Below, in pieces: positions 30,871 through 39,867 of a DNA stretch of 64,000 nt. Every line of letters starts with the position of its first letter. Position 1 is the stretch's first letter. The translations under genes were made by a program, and so were the position numbers. The notes under the pieces are model-generated. The model did not search any database. It was not told where the DNA came from and saw only the letters and a list, made by a program, of their open reading frames with translations. The stretch comes from a virus, in the IMG/VR virus record IMGVR_UViG_3300031687_000007, positions 3,826 through 67,825 of that record, one strand, 5' to 3'.

Positions 30871-31287
30871 CTATTCCCATCTGTAAAAGATGTGATCACC
30901 TATAACACCAACACGTACCATACCTCGATCGTAGATCCAGTTAGGGCTAATCCCTATAGCATGGTAGTGGGTAGAGCCATCGGTAATATCAGGGTAAATA
31001 CCTGACACAATACCACTAGCTAATTTATTCGATTGGCTCCAGGCTGTCATGTCTCTAGGACTATCAGACCTACCATCGCACCACCAACTGAAGTGGCACC
31101 TATTACGAACTGGAACATTATTCCAGTATCTTCCTGCTTTTACAACACTGCAGGCATCATCTTTGTACCTAGAATCAGCAACTCTGTTCATAACTACATG
31201 ATTTACAGCCAATTCTCCTGCTGTAAGCTCTCCTCTAGCCTCATGGTAACCATTAAGGGCTAGGCAAATCATTAATTCCGCTATCAT
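30871..31287 (-). CDS. Cell wall hydrolase, SleB/Hydrolase_2 family
   Basis: CLALNGYHEARGE, AVNHVVMNRV, CHFSWWCDG, DITDGSTHYHA and IGDHIFY. Confidence 0.9.
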   Translation of the reverse strand: MIAELMICLALNGYHEARGELTAGELAVNHVVMNRVADSRYKDDACSVVKAGRYWNNVPVRNRCHFSWWCDGRSDSPRDMTAWSQSNKLASGIVSGIYPDITDGSTHYHAIGISPNWIYDRGMVRVGVIGDHIFYRWE

Positions 31288-31456
31288 CTAACATCTCCAT
31301 TTCATCTACCATAGTTTGGAAGTGAGTTAGTGCACGTTGTTTATCAGTGGTCTTAAAGATATGCACACCATTTACATTATTTGAATGTACTTGGTGCATA
31401 CCTTTGAGGTTCATCATCATGACAACCCCCTCATTGTTTTGAAATCGTTTACCCAT
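31253..31456 (-). CDS. Hypothetical protein
   Basis: 67 aa, AAGGAG RBS. Confidence 0.55.
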   Translation of the reverse strand: MGKRFQNNEGVVMMMNLKGMHQVHSNNVNGVHIFKTTDKQRALTHFQTMVDEMEMLDDSGINDLPSP

Positions 31457-31467
31457 AAATACTCCTT

Positions 31468-31501
31468 AAAATAAGGGATACCTGTTAGTAACAGATACCC
31501 C
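31468..31501 (-). terminator. Intrinsic terminator after the SPFH gene
   Basis: GGGGUAUCUGUU-ACU-AACAGGUAUCCC followed by UUAUUUU; G-U pairs indicate the - strand. Confidence 0.75.
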
Positions 31502-31509
31502 TTTAACCA

Positions 31510-32922
31510 TTACTTAGTAATAGCTGTATCAACCTGTAACGCTTTAGCTGATTGCATAGTCATGATCTGCATGAACTGGTCAACCGTGCCTAGAGCGTTA
31601 CCTGTATTGCCACCACCACCAAATACCTGCGTAGGTACATTGATTTGTGCAGCTGCATTAGCCCAGAACTTCTGAACCTTTACGTGAGCATCAAGCTTCT
31701 GTTGCAAAGCACCATCAGCCTCTAATACCACACGCTTTTCATAAGCAGTTGCATCAGCAGAGACTGTAACAGCCTGTGCGTCAATCTTAGCTCGCTCAAG
31801 CTTGATTAGAGCTGTCTGCCTAGCAATGTCTGCTTCTTCTAACATACGCTCTGCAGCGATTAGAGCAAGCTTCTTGGTAGTCTCAGCTTCGGTAGTCTGA
31901 GCAATCTGCTCAACCTGTGCGGAAGCCTGACGCTTGGCAATATTAGTCTGACCTGTTTGGATCGCTAACAACCGTTGCTCTTCCTGCTCTTTACGAGATT
32001 CTTGAGCTACGATACGACGAGAAGCTGCATCTTTACGAGACTGCATCTGCTGTTCAAATAGATCATCTGGATCAAGGTTCTCAAGGATAGCTGACGCTAC
32101 AGTGATACCATATTGAACATAACCATGAGCTTCACGAACTACTAGACCATCGACAGTAACCTTCTGCATCTCTGTACGTAGGGAGGCTAAGTTACCCAGA
32201 TCACTAGTGTCTTTAGCAACATCTGAATCAGATGAACTCATCTTAGACGCTGTAGCACCACGTACATTAGACACAACTACCTGCTTAACTTTAGGACGAC
32301 CCTTAGTTACAGCATCACGGTATTCAGTCTTATACTCATCACGCTTACCGCCAGCATAGTAATCTTCCATAGAGAATAGGTTAGAAACCGAATCCAATGA
32401 TGAAGATACTGCAGGCTTAAGTGTAGTTGTGATTAAACGCTCAGGTGATCGGAATGTACGGTGCATAACCATAAACGACTGAGTATCCTGTGGGATAGCA
32501 AATCGAGTAGATTGCGTTACATCACCATTCCAGTTATCAGACAAGCGTACCGGGTAAGGTGCACGTACTGATGAACCACTCATTGATTCGTCATTGGTGT
32601 TAGCAATGGTCACATAGTGAGGCCATGCAGTTGTACGTCCCCAACCGGTATAGAACCATCCTGTAGAACACGAAGCTTCTTCAGTACCGAATGCAGTCTG
32701 TGCATGAGTACAATAACCAGCATCGTTGTATGAGATGGATCCAAATATAGTTGACAGGGATGCGATGACAAGTACTAAAGTAGCTAAAGCATTCTTAGCT
32801 TTCGATGCCATCTTAGCACCCCGTACTTGTCGCTCATTCTCTGGGTCATGTGGTGCCATCTTATAGATCAAAACCACAATAGCGATAAGTGCAAATATCA
32901 CTCCTACGATTAATGAAAACAT
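31510..32922 (-). CDS. SPFH/Band-7 family membrane protein
   Basis: Two N-terminal TM helices, an SPFH-like core (YGITVASAIL) and a long A/E/Q coiled coil. Confidence 0.8.
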   Translation of the reverse strand: MFSLIVGVIFALIAIVVLIYKMAPHDPENERQVRGAKMASKAKNALATLVLVIASLSTIFGSISYNDAGYCTHAQTAFGTEEASCSTGWFYTGWGRTTAWPHYVTIANTNDESMSGSSVRAPYPVRLSDNWNGDVTQSTRFAIPQDTQSFMVMHRTFRSPERLITTTLKPAVSSSLDSVSNLFSMEDYYAGGKRDEYKTEYRDAVTKGRPKVKQVVVSNVRGATASKMSSSDSDVAKDTSDLGNLASLRTEMQKVTVDGLVVREAHGYVQYGITVASAILENLDPDDLFEQQMQSRKDAASRRIVAQESRKEQEEQRLLAIQTGQTNIAKRQASAQVEQIAQTTEAETTKKLALIAAERMLEEADIARQTALIKLERAKIDAQAVTVSADATAYEKRVVLEADGALQQKLDAHVKVQKFWANAAAQINVPTQVFGGGGNTGNALGTVDQFMQIMTMQSAKALQVDTAITK

Positions 32923-32955
32923 GTTAATTCCTTAGTTAGATTTGATTAATAATCA

Positions 32956-32977
32956 CAAAAGAGAGCGGAGCTCTCTT
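32956..32977 (-). promoter_or_regulatory. vRNAP-type hairpin promoter (template = + strand)
   Basis: CAAAA-GAGAGC-GGA-GCTCTC, near-identical to N4 P2 as I recall it (CCAAAA-GAAGC-GGA-GCTTC). Confidence 0.85.
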
Positions 32978-33476
32978 ATGAGAGTAGTAAAAGTCTTATT
33001 TGTAATTCATTTAGTAATGCATACATACCAACATCTCTCAGATCATCTTTAGAGAATGTTTCTGGAGTTCTTCGCTGAATCAGCTCATTGATATGAGGAG
33101 GTAGTGCATATGCGATATCCTGGTTACAGGATGCTTTGTTATTCAACAGAGTAATGTAGTTACGTATCTTAGATATAGTTTCTTCCAACTGCCTTATCAT
33201 GTTGATGTACTTGAACACACCTGTTTGGTGCTCTGCACTCAGATCACATATATACACATACTCACTGTTGTAATTGTTTGTAACAATTACAGGATTACAT
33301 ACGTATATTCGCTTACAGTCAGGAGTAACTATTGTGTACCAGTCCTGTCCCTTAATATAGGTGGGTAAAGTACACATATAGTTAAAGAACTTATCCTCAA
33401 TTCCCTTCTTCAAGGGAGCAGTGTACTTGTCCTTTATAGCGTGAAATATCTTCGTAGAGGTAGAACTACTATACAT
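32976..33476 (-). CDS. Hypothetical protein
   Basis: 166-aa ORF tiling the operon. Confidence 0.6.
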   Translation of the reverse strand: MYSSSTSTKIFHAIKDKYTAPLKKGIEDKFFNYMCTLPTYIKGQDWYTIVTPDCKRIYVCNPVIVTNNYNSEYVYICDLSAEHQTGVFKYINMIRQLEETISKIRNYITLLNNKASCNQDIAYALPPHINELIQRRTPETFSKDDLRDVGMYALLNELQIRLLLLS

Positions 33477-33477
33477 A

Positions 33478-33726
33478 TCAAGTCACCAAATGGGCTTTAG
33501 ACATAGCCTTATTAATTTCCAATTGATGTACCAGCTCTATCTTCATCTTACTATCTTCCAACTTGAAAGATGAGAAAGTAGGCGCCTTACCATAGTCCTC
33601 ATTAACAACAACAGCATTCTTGAAGGACTTCATCAATGTCATTGCGTCATCTAGTGGCATTACTAATTTAAAGTCATAGCCAAAGGTTACTTTAGCTAGT
33701 ACCTCACCATGCGTGATCTGACTCAT
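33478..33726 (-). CDS. Hypothetical protein (82 aa)
   Basis: Likely start MSQITHG at 33726 with GGAG RBS. Confidence 0.6.
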   Translation of the reverse strand: MSQITHGEVLAKVTFGYDFKLVMPLDDAMTLMKSFKNAVVVNEDYGKAPTFSSFKLEDSKMKIELVHQLEINKAMSKAHLVT

Positions 33727-34867
33727 AGTATATTGTCTCCCCATAAGGTTGCGGATCGTGTTTGGAGTAACAGATCCACATTGTTTCAAACTCATATCCG
33801 TCCTCCGGTCTGATAGTCTCAGCATATAAGTCGGTAAAGTAGAGCAGTACGTTAGTATCATGCTCTTTGCAGTACTCTAGTGGTGGTATAAAGGACGTAC
33901 CTCCATTACCAGAGAACTTAAGCTTCATGATCTCAGTACTATCATCCACTTCATGTATGTTATGGATCTTGTAGTCACAGTCTAGGATTGTCATCTTATC
34001 TGGTTGGTAGGTATCATAGATACTCTTCACCTCAGTAAGAATCTCTGCAAGCATAGCCTCACTAACAGAACCTGATGTGTCTACTGCCACTGTGATGTGA
34101 TCAATACTCTCTGAGTACATCGTAGGCATGTAGTGATTGGGCATATATCGTCTGTTAGGACGTGCCCATGTGTAGTCATCTTTAGCAGTAGAATCCATGA
34201 ATCTAGCTAACAACTGAGTCCAATCTAAGACCGGGTTGATGAGTTCGTCAATCATACGATCAACTTCACCAGGAATCTTTCCAGCTTCCTCACCACCTTC
34301 CATCTTAGCTTGAGCTCTAGCCTTGATAACAGTATCTTGGACACTACTAGCAATGTCATTCTGAGTGTCTTCGTCCTGATCACCAGAGAAGTCCACATCA
34401 CCACCTAAAGTATTAGGCTGATCCTGTGCATCCTGGTCTTTGATCAAGTCATCATAGACCTCTTCAGTACTCCAACCATGATACTTAGCATCATATAGGT
34501 GTGGCTCAGGCAGTACGTATCCACTATTGCGTAGTATATCGTTGATGACAAAGTCACCAGCTTGGTTATACACACTATGGTCACGAGTACCTAGACGAAT
34601 CATATGCATTAGGGCTACGTGCATAATCTCGTGTGCCAATACACCAATACGTTCCTGCTTACTTAGTGAGCTAAAGAACGATGGGTTAAACATAATACGT
34701 TTGCCATCAGTGGCTGCAGTATCAATAGCATTGGTAAACACATGCTTCATCATAAGACCGACAGATATCAGGAAGGTACCCCCTTGCATCATTAAACCAA
34801 TCTTGGACTTATCCAGCTCCTTTTGGAGTGCTGGTGTAATATCAACTTGTGGGTATTTCTCTTCCAT
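33704..34867 (-). CDS. Metallopeptidase-like plus VWA domain protein (N4 gp25-like)
   Basis: TAATDG, HEIMH (HExxH), VDTSGS MIDAS, GNGGTSF and YFTDL. Confidence 0.88.
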   Translation of the reverse strand: MEEKYPQVDITPALQKELDKSKIGLMMQGGTFLISVGLMMKHVFTNAIDTAATDGKRIMFNPSFFSSLSKQERIGVLAHEIMHVALMHMIRLGTRDHSVYNQAGDFVINDILRNSGYVLPEPHLYDAKYHGWSTEEVYDDLIKDQDAQDQPNTLGGDVDFSGDQDEDTQNDIASSVQDTVIKARAQAKMEGGEEAGKIPGEVDRMIDELINPVLDWTQLLARFMDSTAKDDYTWARPNRRYMPNHYMPTMYSESIDHITVAVDTSGSVSEAMLAEILTEVKSIYDTYQPDKMTILDCDYKIHNIHEVDDSTEIMKLKFSGNGGTSFIPPLEYCKEHDTNVLLYFTDLYAETIRPEDGYEFETMWICYSKHDPQPYGETIYYESDHAW

Positions 34868-34879
34868 AATAATCTCCGT

Positions 34880-35767
34880 TTATGTTCTGTAATTGAATTT
34901 ACATGTAAAGTGATCCACTCCAACTTCATTACGGAAGTCTGAGTAATATTTCAGCATGTTTTTAACGCAATGTCGTGTTAGATAGGATAATCTGTAATTA
35001 TCTGGGGATTCAATTACCTGCTTCATACACATCTGAGCATCATAACTACTCTCAACGAACTCCAAGATAGCAGCATACTTAATGGCAGCATTATCACCTC
35101 TATCGGACATCCGATACAGATCTCCGAACTCGTCTGGGTCTGTTAAGACTAACTTACCGTCACTCTTAATGTAGCTCATAAGTGTTACCTTCTTGATGAG
35201 ATCATCAATTTTAGTCTTATGAGCCTTACGCACCTCTTTATTAGGAGGCATGTAGACGTTATCAGTCACCAAATTCTGAGGCGAATAGGTACCATCTTCA
35301 TTAGGTATGAACTTAATGCTGTCAGGATTTCGCTTCCTTATTAAACCAAACCCTTTGTATTCTGCTTCTGGATCAGACATATCCATGATCATCATGAAGT
35401 CTTTATCAAGATTGTTCTTAGGCACCTTAACGTAAGGCTTTCCTTCCCGATGTCCTTTTATTTCAGTCATTAAATCAATGCAGTAACGTATAGGTGATAC
35501 CACAATACCTAGAGGCTCAAGGTATCTAATATTACGCGGCACATGGAATAAAAGATCAAAAGAGCCATCCTCATATACCTTGGATCCTATACCACCATGT
35601 GATTGCTGAACGAAGTACCTATCCAAGGTTTCTGGATCGAATCTAGGAGTGTACTGTCCTGACAGGTTGGCTAGGCCTTTATTAACTCCTACATCTTTCC
35701 TACAACTAATAAGCTCACTGAATACATCGGTGGTCTTGGCATGGTCTAAAGCTGTTAAACATCTCAT
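34880..35767 (-). CDS. Hypothetical protein
   Basis: 295 aa, ATGA-coupled to the AAA ATPase. Confidence 0.65.
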   Translation of the reverse strand: MRCLTALDHAKTTDVFSELISCRKDVGVNKGLANLSGQYTPRFDPETLDRYFVQQSHGGIGSKVYEDGSFDLLFHVPRNIRYLEPLGIVVSPIRYCIDLMTEIKGHREGKPYVKVPKNNLDKDFMMIMDMSDPEAEYKGFGLIRKRNPDSIKFIPNEDGTYSPQNLVTDNVYMPPNKEVRKAHKTKIDDLIKKVTLMSYIKSDGKLVLTDPDEFGDLYRMSDRGDNAAIKYAAILEFVESSYDAQMCMKQVIESPDNYRLSYLTRHCVKNMLKYYSDFRNEVGVDHFTCKFNYRT

Positions 35768-36780
35768 AGCATCTCCTGAGCGTTCTTAGTGATCCACTGA
35801 TCAATGTAAGGTGCGTTAATGATTTCAGGATTACGTCGTACAGATGATTTCCATGTAACTACTTGGAAGTCTGCTGGTAAACGCTCCACAAATGTTGCCA
35901 ATGAGTCAATGTTCTCTGGGGTAACCTCATACGAGATCAAACCAGCTAGAGCATAGTGAACACTTGGCTCATTAGGAATACGCACTGTCTTAGGCTTATT
36001 AATAATATCTTTAATTTTAGGAAGGCTATCAAAGATCTCACTGAAACCTTTAAACTCCAATGCTGGGCCTTCACCTACAGTACCTGCAGCACATACCATA
36101 TCAATATGGTTCAACTTAGCCTTACCATCAATCTGCTTAGATAAGAACTCCCATGTACGAGGGCAAGGAAACGTATCTCCTGCATGTGATGGATCAAACT
36201 TATGTAAGAGTTCCTTACGATATTCAATGAAGCTGGTGATGCGATGATCAATACCAGCTGTAGTAGCCCACTTAAGCCACGCATTAGGGTCTACTGCCAT
36301 AGTTAAATGAATAAGACGTGATTGCATAGCCGTACTCATACGAGTCGTGATGGCCTTGTCTGTAGTCAGGTTACCTGCAGCCACAATAGCAACATGGCTA
36401 TGTAGTTTATGCTGGCCTACCTGCTTATCAAGGCATAGCTTGTATGAGGCAGCTTGTACAGATACTGGCGCACTGTTCATCTCATCTAAGAAGAGTAACC
36501 ATCCACTAAATCCATCTGGAATAGGGTCACCTTCAATAGGAAACATCTCACCTGGGTGAAATGTAGAGCGACCTTCTGCTGTAACACCAGGGAACCCCTG
36601 TAGATCAGTTGGATCAGCTTGGCTTAGACGAAAGTCTATAACCTTTAAATTAAGTTCTTCAGCAACCTGACGTACAATGTCAGACTTACCAATGCCTGGG
36701 CTACCCTTAATAAATGGTACCAGACCTGCGAATAGAGTTCCGACAACCGCTTGAGGGATGTCTTTTGTAGATAATTCCAT
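35764..36780 (-). CDS. MoxR-like AAA+ ATPase (N4 gp24-like)
   Basis: GSPGIGKS, LFLDEMN, AAGN and CPRTW. Confidence 0.9.
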   Translation of the reverse strand: MELSTKDIPQAVVGTLFAGLVPFIKGSPGIGKSDIVRQVAEELNLKVIDFRLSQADPTDLQGFPGVTAEGRSTFHPGEMFPIEGDPIPDGFSGWLLFLDEMNSAPVSVQAASYKLCLDKQVGQHKLHSHVAIVAAGNLTTDKAITTRMSTAMQSRLIHLTMAVDPNAWLKWATTAGIDHRITSFIEYRKELLHKFDPSHAGDTFPCPRTWEFLSKQIDGKAKLNHIDMVCAAGTVGEGPALEFKGFSEIFDSLPKIKDIINKPKTVRIPNEPSVHYALAGLISYEVTPENIDSLATFVERLPADFQVVTWKSSVRRNPEIINAPYIDQWITKNAQEML

Positions 36781-36808
36781 AATTGTTCCTAATAATTAGT
36801 TAATTCAA

Positions 36809-36827
36809 CAAAACGTGCGGAGCGCGT
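36809..36827 (-). promoter_or_regulatory. vRNAP-type hairpin promoter (template = + strand)
   Basis: C-AAAA-CGTGC-GGA-GCGCG with one T-G pair. +1 C lies 11 nt from the loop centre, as in N4. Confidence 0.8.
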
Positions 36828-36829
36828 AT

Positions 36830-36857
36830 AAAAAAAGACACCCTTAGGTGTCTCTTG
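36830..36857 (-). terminator. Intrinsic terminator
   Basis: AGACACC-TAAG-GGTGTCT followed by TTTTTT on the - strand, directly upstream of the hairpin promoter. Confidence 0.85.
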
Positions 36858-36873
36858 TGATTGGCTCAATGGC

Positions 36874-37032
36874 CTAGAGTGATAGCAGTTTAGCGTTAAG
36901 CTCTGCTAGTTTTTTGAGGTTGAACTGGTTAGCCCAATCCTTCCCGTGTTTAACTGCCATTTCATAGTTAGCTATCTCACCTTTCACGTAATCTAACTTC
37001 TTTTGGCGAAGTATCTTAGCCTTTAAATCCAT
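36874..37032 (-). CDS. Small basic hypothetical protein (52 aa, not in the ORF track)
   Basis: MDLKAKILRQKKLDYVKGEI...; GAGG RBS. Confidence 0.55.
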   Translation of the reverse strand: MDLKAKILRQKKLDYVKGEIANYEMAVKHGKDWANQFNLKKLAELNAKLLSL

Positions 37033-37044
37033 ACTACTATTCCT

Positions 37045-37578
37045 CTAATTAACTACAGATTCTACTATGTGTTCAATCTGGCCACGTAGTTTAGCCATAC
37101 TTCCAGAATTGTCTATGACAATATCTAATTTATTTACTAGCACACCACTTTCACTAGCATGATTGCCAGGAATACCACCTCTACCATGTACATGAATCAG
37201 TACACCATGTTCGCGTACCCAAGCTGCTTCATTCTCGAAGCGTACATCACTAACTACCTGAAAATCATTGCCATTAGCCAGTATATGCATCTCTATGGCC
37301 TTCAACCATACATCCTCACCGATGTACTTACGTCCCCAGTCAGTGCCTAGGGTCTGCATCATATGACGTACTGACACATCGTACTTAGGATGCACTCCTG
37401 ACCTATCACCTTTGTATAACTCATCGTAGGTAATACCAAGGCCAATCTCAAGCATTAGCTTTATTGGATCAGCAAATGCAATGATATCTGCCTCATAGTA
37501 TTCAGCTAGGATCTCTGCAACGGTGTCTTTACCTGATTGCGCTAGTCCTGCTATACCGAATAACTTAACACCTTCCAT
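37045..37578 (-). CDS. Deoxynucleoside monophosphate kinase
   Basis: GLAQSGKDT, FADPIK, RHMMQTLGTDWGR, SDVRFENE and HASE. Confidence 0.92.
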   Translation of the reverse strand: MEGVKLFGIAGLAQSGKDTVAEILAEYYEADIIAFADPIKLMLEIGLGITYDELYKGDRSGVHPKYDVSVRHMMQTLGTDWGRKYIGEDVWLKAIEMHILANGNDFQVVSDVRFENEAAWVREHGVLIHVHGRGGIPGNHASESGVLVNKLDIVIDNSGSMAKLRGQIEHIVESVVN

Positions 37579-37586
37579 AATAACTC

Positions 37587-37883
37587 CTAAAATAAAGGCT
37601 TCTGACCTTCTTCTAAATACCAAGGTATATCAATACGGCATGTGGAACATGTCTTCATATTCATACTGGTAAATGTGAGTAGATTAGTGGCGCCACACTG
37701 TGGGCACTCTTTAGTTGATATCTTTGCAGATGTAGGTGTAGCTACTAATGGCTTCTTAGCTTTGAGCTTCTGCTCTAAGTTATTAACCTTCATCTTTAAC
37801 ATGGAGATAGTCTCCTTGTCTCTGAACATAGCTTTCTCACCTAGATCTACAAGGTGCTTCCATTCCTCAATAGTCTGAGGCAT
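37587..37883 (-). CDS. Coiled-coil protein with C-terminal Zn-ribbon
   Basis: Start MPQTIEEW; CPQC...CSTC. Confidence 0.65.
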   Translation of the reverse strand: MPQTIEEWKHLVDLGEKAMFRDKETISMLKMKVNNLEQKLKAKKPLVATPTSAKISTKECPQCGATNLLTFTSMNMKTCSTCRIDIPWYLEEGQKPLF

Positions 37884-37887
37884 TGGC

Positions 37888-38058
37888 TCACCCCTCGGTG
37901 TCATACCGTATGATCTCAGAGGTAATTGATCCTGCTGGACGTTGCTTTGCATGTTTATGCTCCCGGTCACCCTTACAAGCAGGGCAATCCCCATGACTAC
38001 GACAAGATGCATCCACTGCTTTGGATCCTGTGTATGGTTTACTTTTTGTTCTACTCAT
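37888..38058 (-). CDS. Small basic Cys/His protein
   Basis: MSRTKSKPYTGSKAVDASCRSHGDCPAC; this type recurs in phages. Confidence 0.6.
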   Translation of the reverse strand: MSRTKSKPYTGSKAVDASCRSHGDCPACKGDREHKHAKQRPAGSITSEIIRYDTEG

Positions 38059-38081
38059 GGGAACCGCCTTATCTGTTTGGA

Positions 38082-38636
38082 TTACTCTACAATATACCAA
38101 TCTTCTGCAAGTGTGTCTTCTGCGCTAGGAGACCAAGTAGTAATACTTCTAACTGTATCCATAGATACCCAGTAAGGTTGTACGTATATAACCGAATTAT
38201 GTGGAATCTCATGAAGGTTGCATGTAACTTCGTTAGCCTCAATACCATTAGGGTACCCAGGCATGATAGCTACATGCTTACGACCTGCCCACTCTGCTCG
38301 TGCAATAGGCATCCCATCACGTGCATAAAACATAATGCATTCAAGTGTGGTGTAGTCTGGTACACCATCCATGTCTAACTCGTACAGACCTTCTTCTTCT
38401 AGGTTATCCTCATCTGCCTCTTCAGCGGCAATATCGTATTCAAGTTCGTCCATACGTGCTTGTAGGACATTTAGGTAATCATTCATGGCAACGAGTTGCT
38501 TACGCATCAGACGTTCTTGTTCATGTGAGATGGCCTCAGGTAGATCCTTCAAGATTACCTGTAGTTTCATTGCTTCTAAGTACAGCAATTCAAACTCTTT
38601 GGTTATAAGATCTAGTACTGCTTTATTTATAGACAT
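38082..38636 (-). CDS. Fusion of a helical crAss001_48-like domain and a DUF2829 (Tad2-like) domain
   Basis: N-terminal ..LMRKQLVAMNDYLNVLQARM; C-terminal IARAEWAG ... WSPSAEDTLAEDWYIV. Confidence 0.75.
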   Translation of the reverse strand: MSINKAVLDLITKEFELLYLEAMKLQVILKDLPEAISHEQERLMRKQLVAMNDYLNVLQARMDELEYDIAAEEADEDNLEEEGLYELDMDGVPDYTTLECIMFYARDGMPIARAEWAGRKHVAIMPGYPNGIEANEVTCNLHEIPHNSVIYVQPYWVSMDTVRSITTWSPSAEDTLAEDWYIVE

Positions 38637-38637
38637 T

Positions 38638-39126
38638 TTACTCTTCCTTCAAGTTAAGTTGTTTTTCCCATTCAGCTGGGTCTTTCCAAGCACCTGCTTG
38701 GTCGAATATACTGTTAGCCTGTTCTTCGTCGAACTCATATAAGTGAGGGACAGCAATCCAGCCCAGATTCACTAGGTGTGTTTTGTTACAGGATTTCAGT
38801 AATTCTTGATGTACTTTATCAGCTTCTTCAGAGATTTGATGCTGTTTTCTCGTCTCATTAAAATAGTGGACGTAGTAAGACGCATAAGACGAGTGTGACT
38901 GGTCTTTTAATATTACAGCACACAAAATACACCACTTAGTGGTTAGATTCTCTATGATTCTGGTAGTTTCAAGCGTAGGTTGGTACTGTCTGCCATTACA
39001 TAGGTTCACCATACGGGCTCCTCTACCATTAGTCACAAACAACACAGCTTTGTCTCTCAATGCTGCTTTATAAAACTGATTAGTAGTCTTATTAGCATTG
39101 TATTTCTTATTCCTTACTTTCTTCAT
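38638..39126 (-). CDS. Hypothetical protein
   Basis: 162 aa, K..RNKKYN basic start, GGAG RBS. Confidence 0.65.
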   Translation of the reverse strand: MKKVRNKKYNANKTTNQFYKAALRDKAVLFVTNGRGARMVNLCNGRQYQPTLETTRIIENLTTKWCILCAVILKDQSHSSYASYYVHYFNETRKQHQISEEADKVHQELLKSCNKTHLVNLGWIAVPHLYEFDEEQANSIFDQAGAWKDPAEWEKQLNLKEE

Positions 39127-39206
39127 AACACTCCATGGAACACTTTAATGTACATATAAGTGTACAACTGCGACACTTTAGCGCGTCATGTATGATAATT
39201 TATACA

Positions 39207-39560
39207 TTATTTACCATATCTAAGTACCTCTGCCACGAGCTCAGCCCGTATACCCTGATAGATCTCCTTTAAGTCATTCCTACCGAATGCTAATGCACAT
39301 GCATCATGGGATCTATGGATATGACGAGCGATACTCCTGTATGACAGTCCTATGGCTCTAAGGTTAACCATTATGGTTAGTTCCTTAACAGACCATGAGT
39401 TGTATTCGCGTAAAGCTGCTTCAGATAATGGCTTAACAGTTATCACTGCTGGCTCAATAACTACCTTGTCTTCCAAGACACGTTCAACATACTGTTCATG
39501 TCTATTAGGCTTCAAGGCATCAAAGCTATATGCAATCTTAGGTACGAATACAATGCTCAT
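39207..39560 (-). CDS. Myb/homeodomain-like HTH protein
   Basis: WSVKELTIMVNLRAIGLSYRSIARHIHRS. Confidence 0.65.
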   Translation of the reverse strand: MSIVFVPKIAYSFDALKPNRHEQYVERVLEDKVVIEPAVITVKPLSEAALREYNSWSVKELTIMVNLRAIGLSYRSIARHIHRSHDACALAFGRNDLKEIYQGIRAELVAEVLRYGK

Positions 39561-39856
39561 TACTCCTCCTCCATTTCCATAACTTCTTTAACTAATTCAT
39601 TGCGTCTAATAGCAATACGTAGTGCAATGTCTTCTTTACCTGCCATCTTATTACAGAATGAGTGAGAGTTACCTAGCAACTCACCACACCTAATATGTGA
39701 TATGCCTTTGGCTCTCAACTCAATAAACTGTATAAGCTGTAGCTTAGTGAAAGGAATAGAAGGCCTTCCTATCTTCTTACCTTCACCTTTAGGTACAAAC
39801 TTGGATTTAGCCGGCTTAAGTGCTGGAGGTATGACTGGTTTAAATACAATACTCAT
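39560..39856 (-). CDS. HTH-like protein, paralog of 39207-39560
   Basis: Same MSIVF start; FTKLQLIQFIELRAKGISHIRCGELLGNS. Confidence 0.6.
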   Translation of the reverse strand: MSIVFKPVIPPALKPAKSKFVPKGEGKKIGRPSIPFTKLQLIQFIELRAKGISHIRCGELLGNSHSFCNKMAGKEDIALRIAIRRNELVKEVMEMEEE

Positions 39857-39867
39857 GGCATTACTCC

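Noticed and set aside
39135-39206. Short palindromes (TGTACA...TGTACA, ATGTAT...ATACAT) and ACACTTTA twice
   Set aside because: Weak AT-rich stems with no U tract or promoter pattern; no function can be supported.
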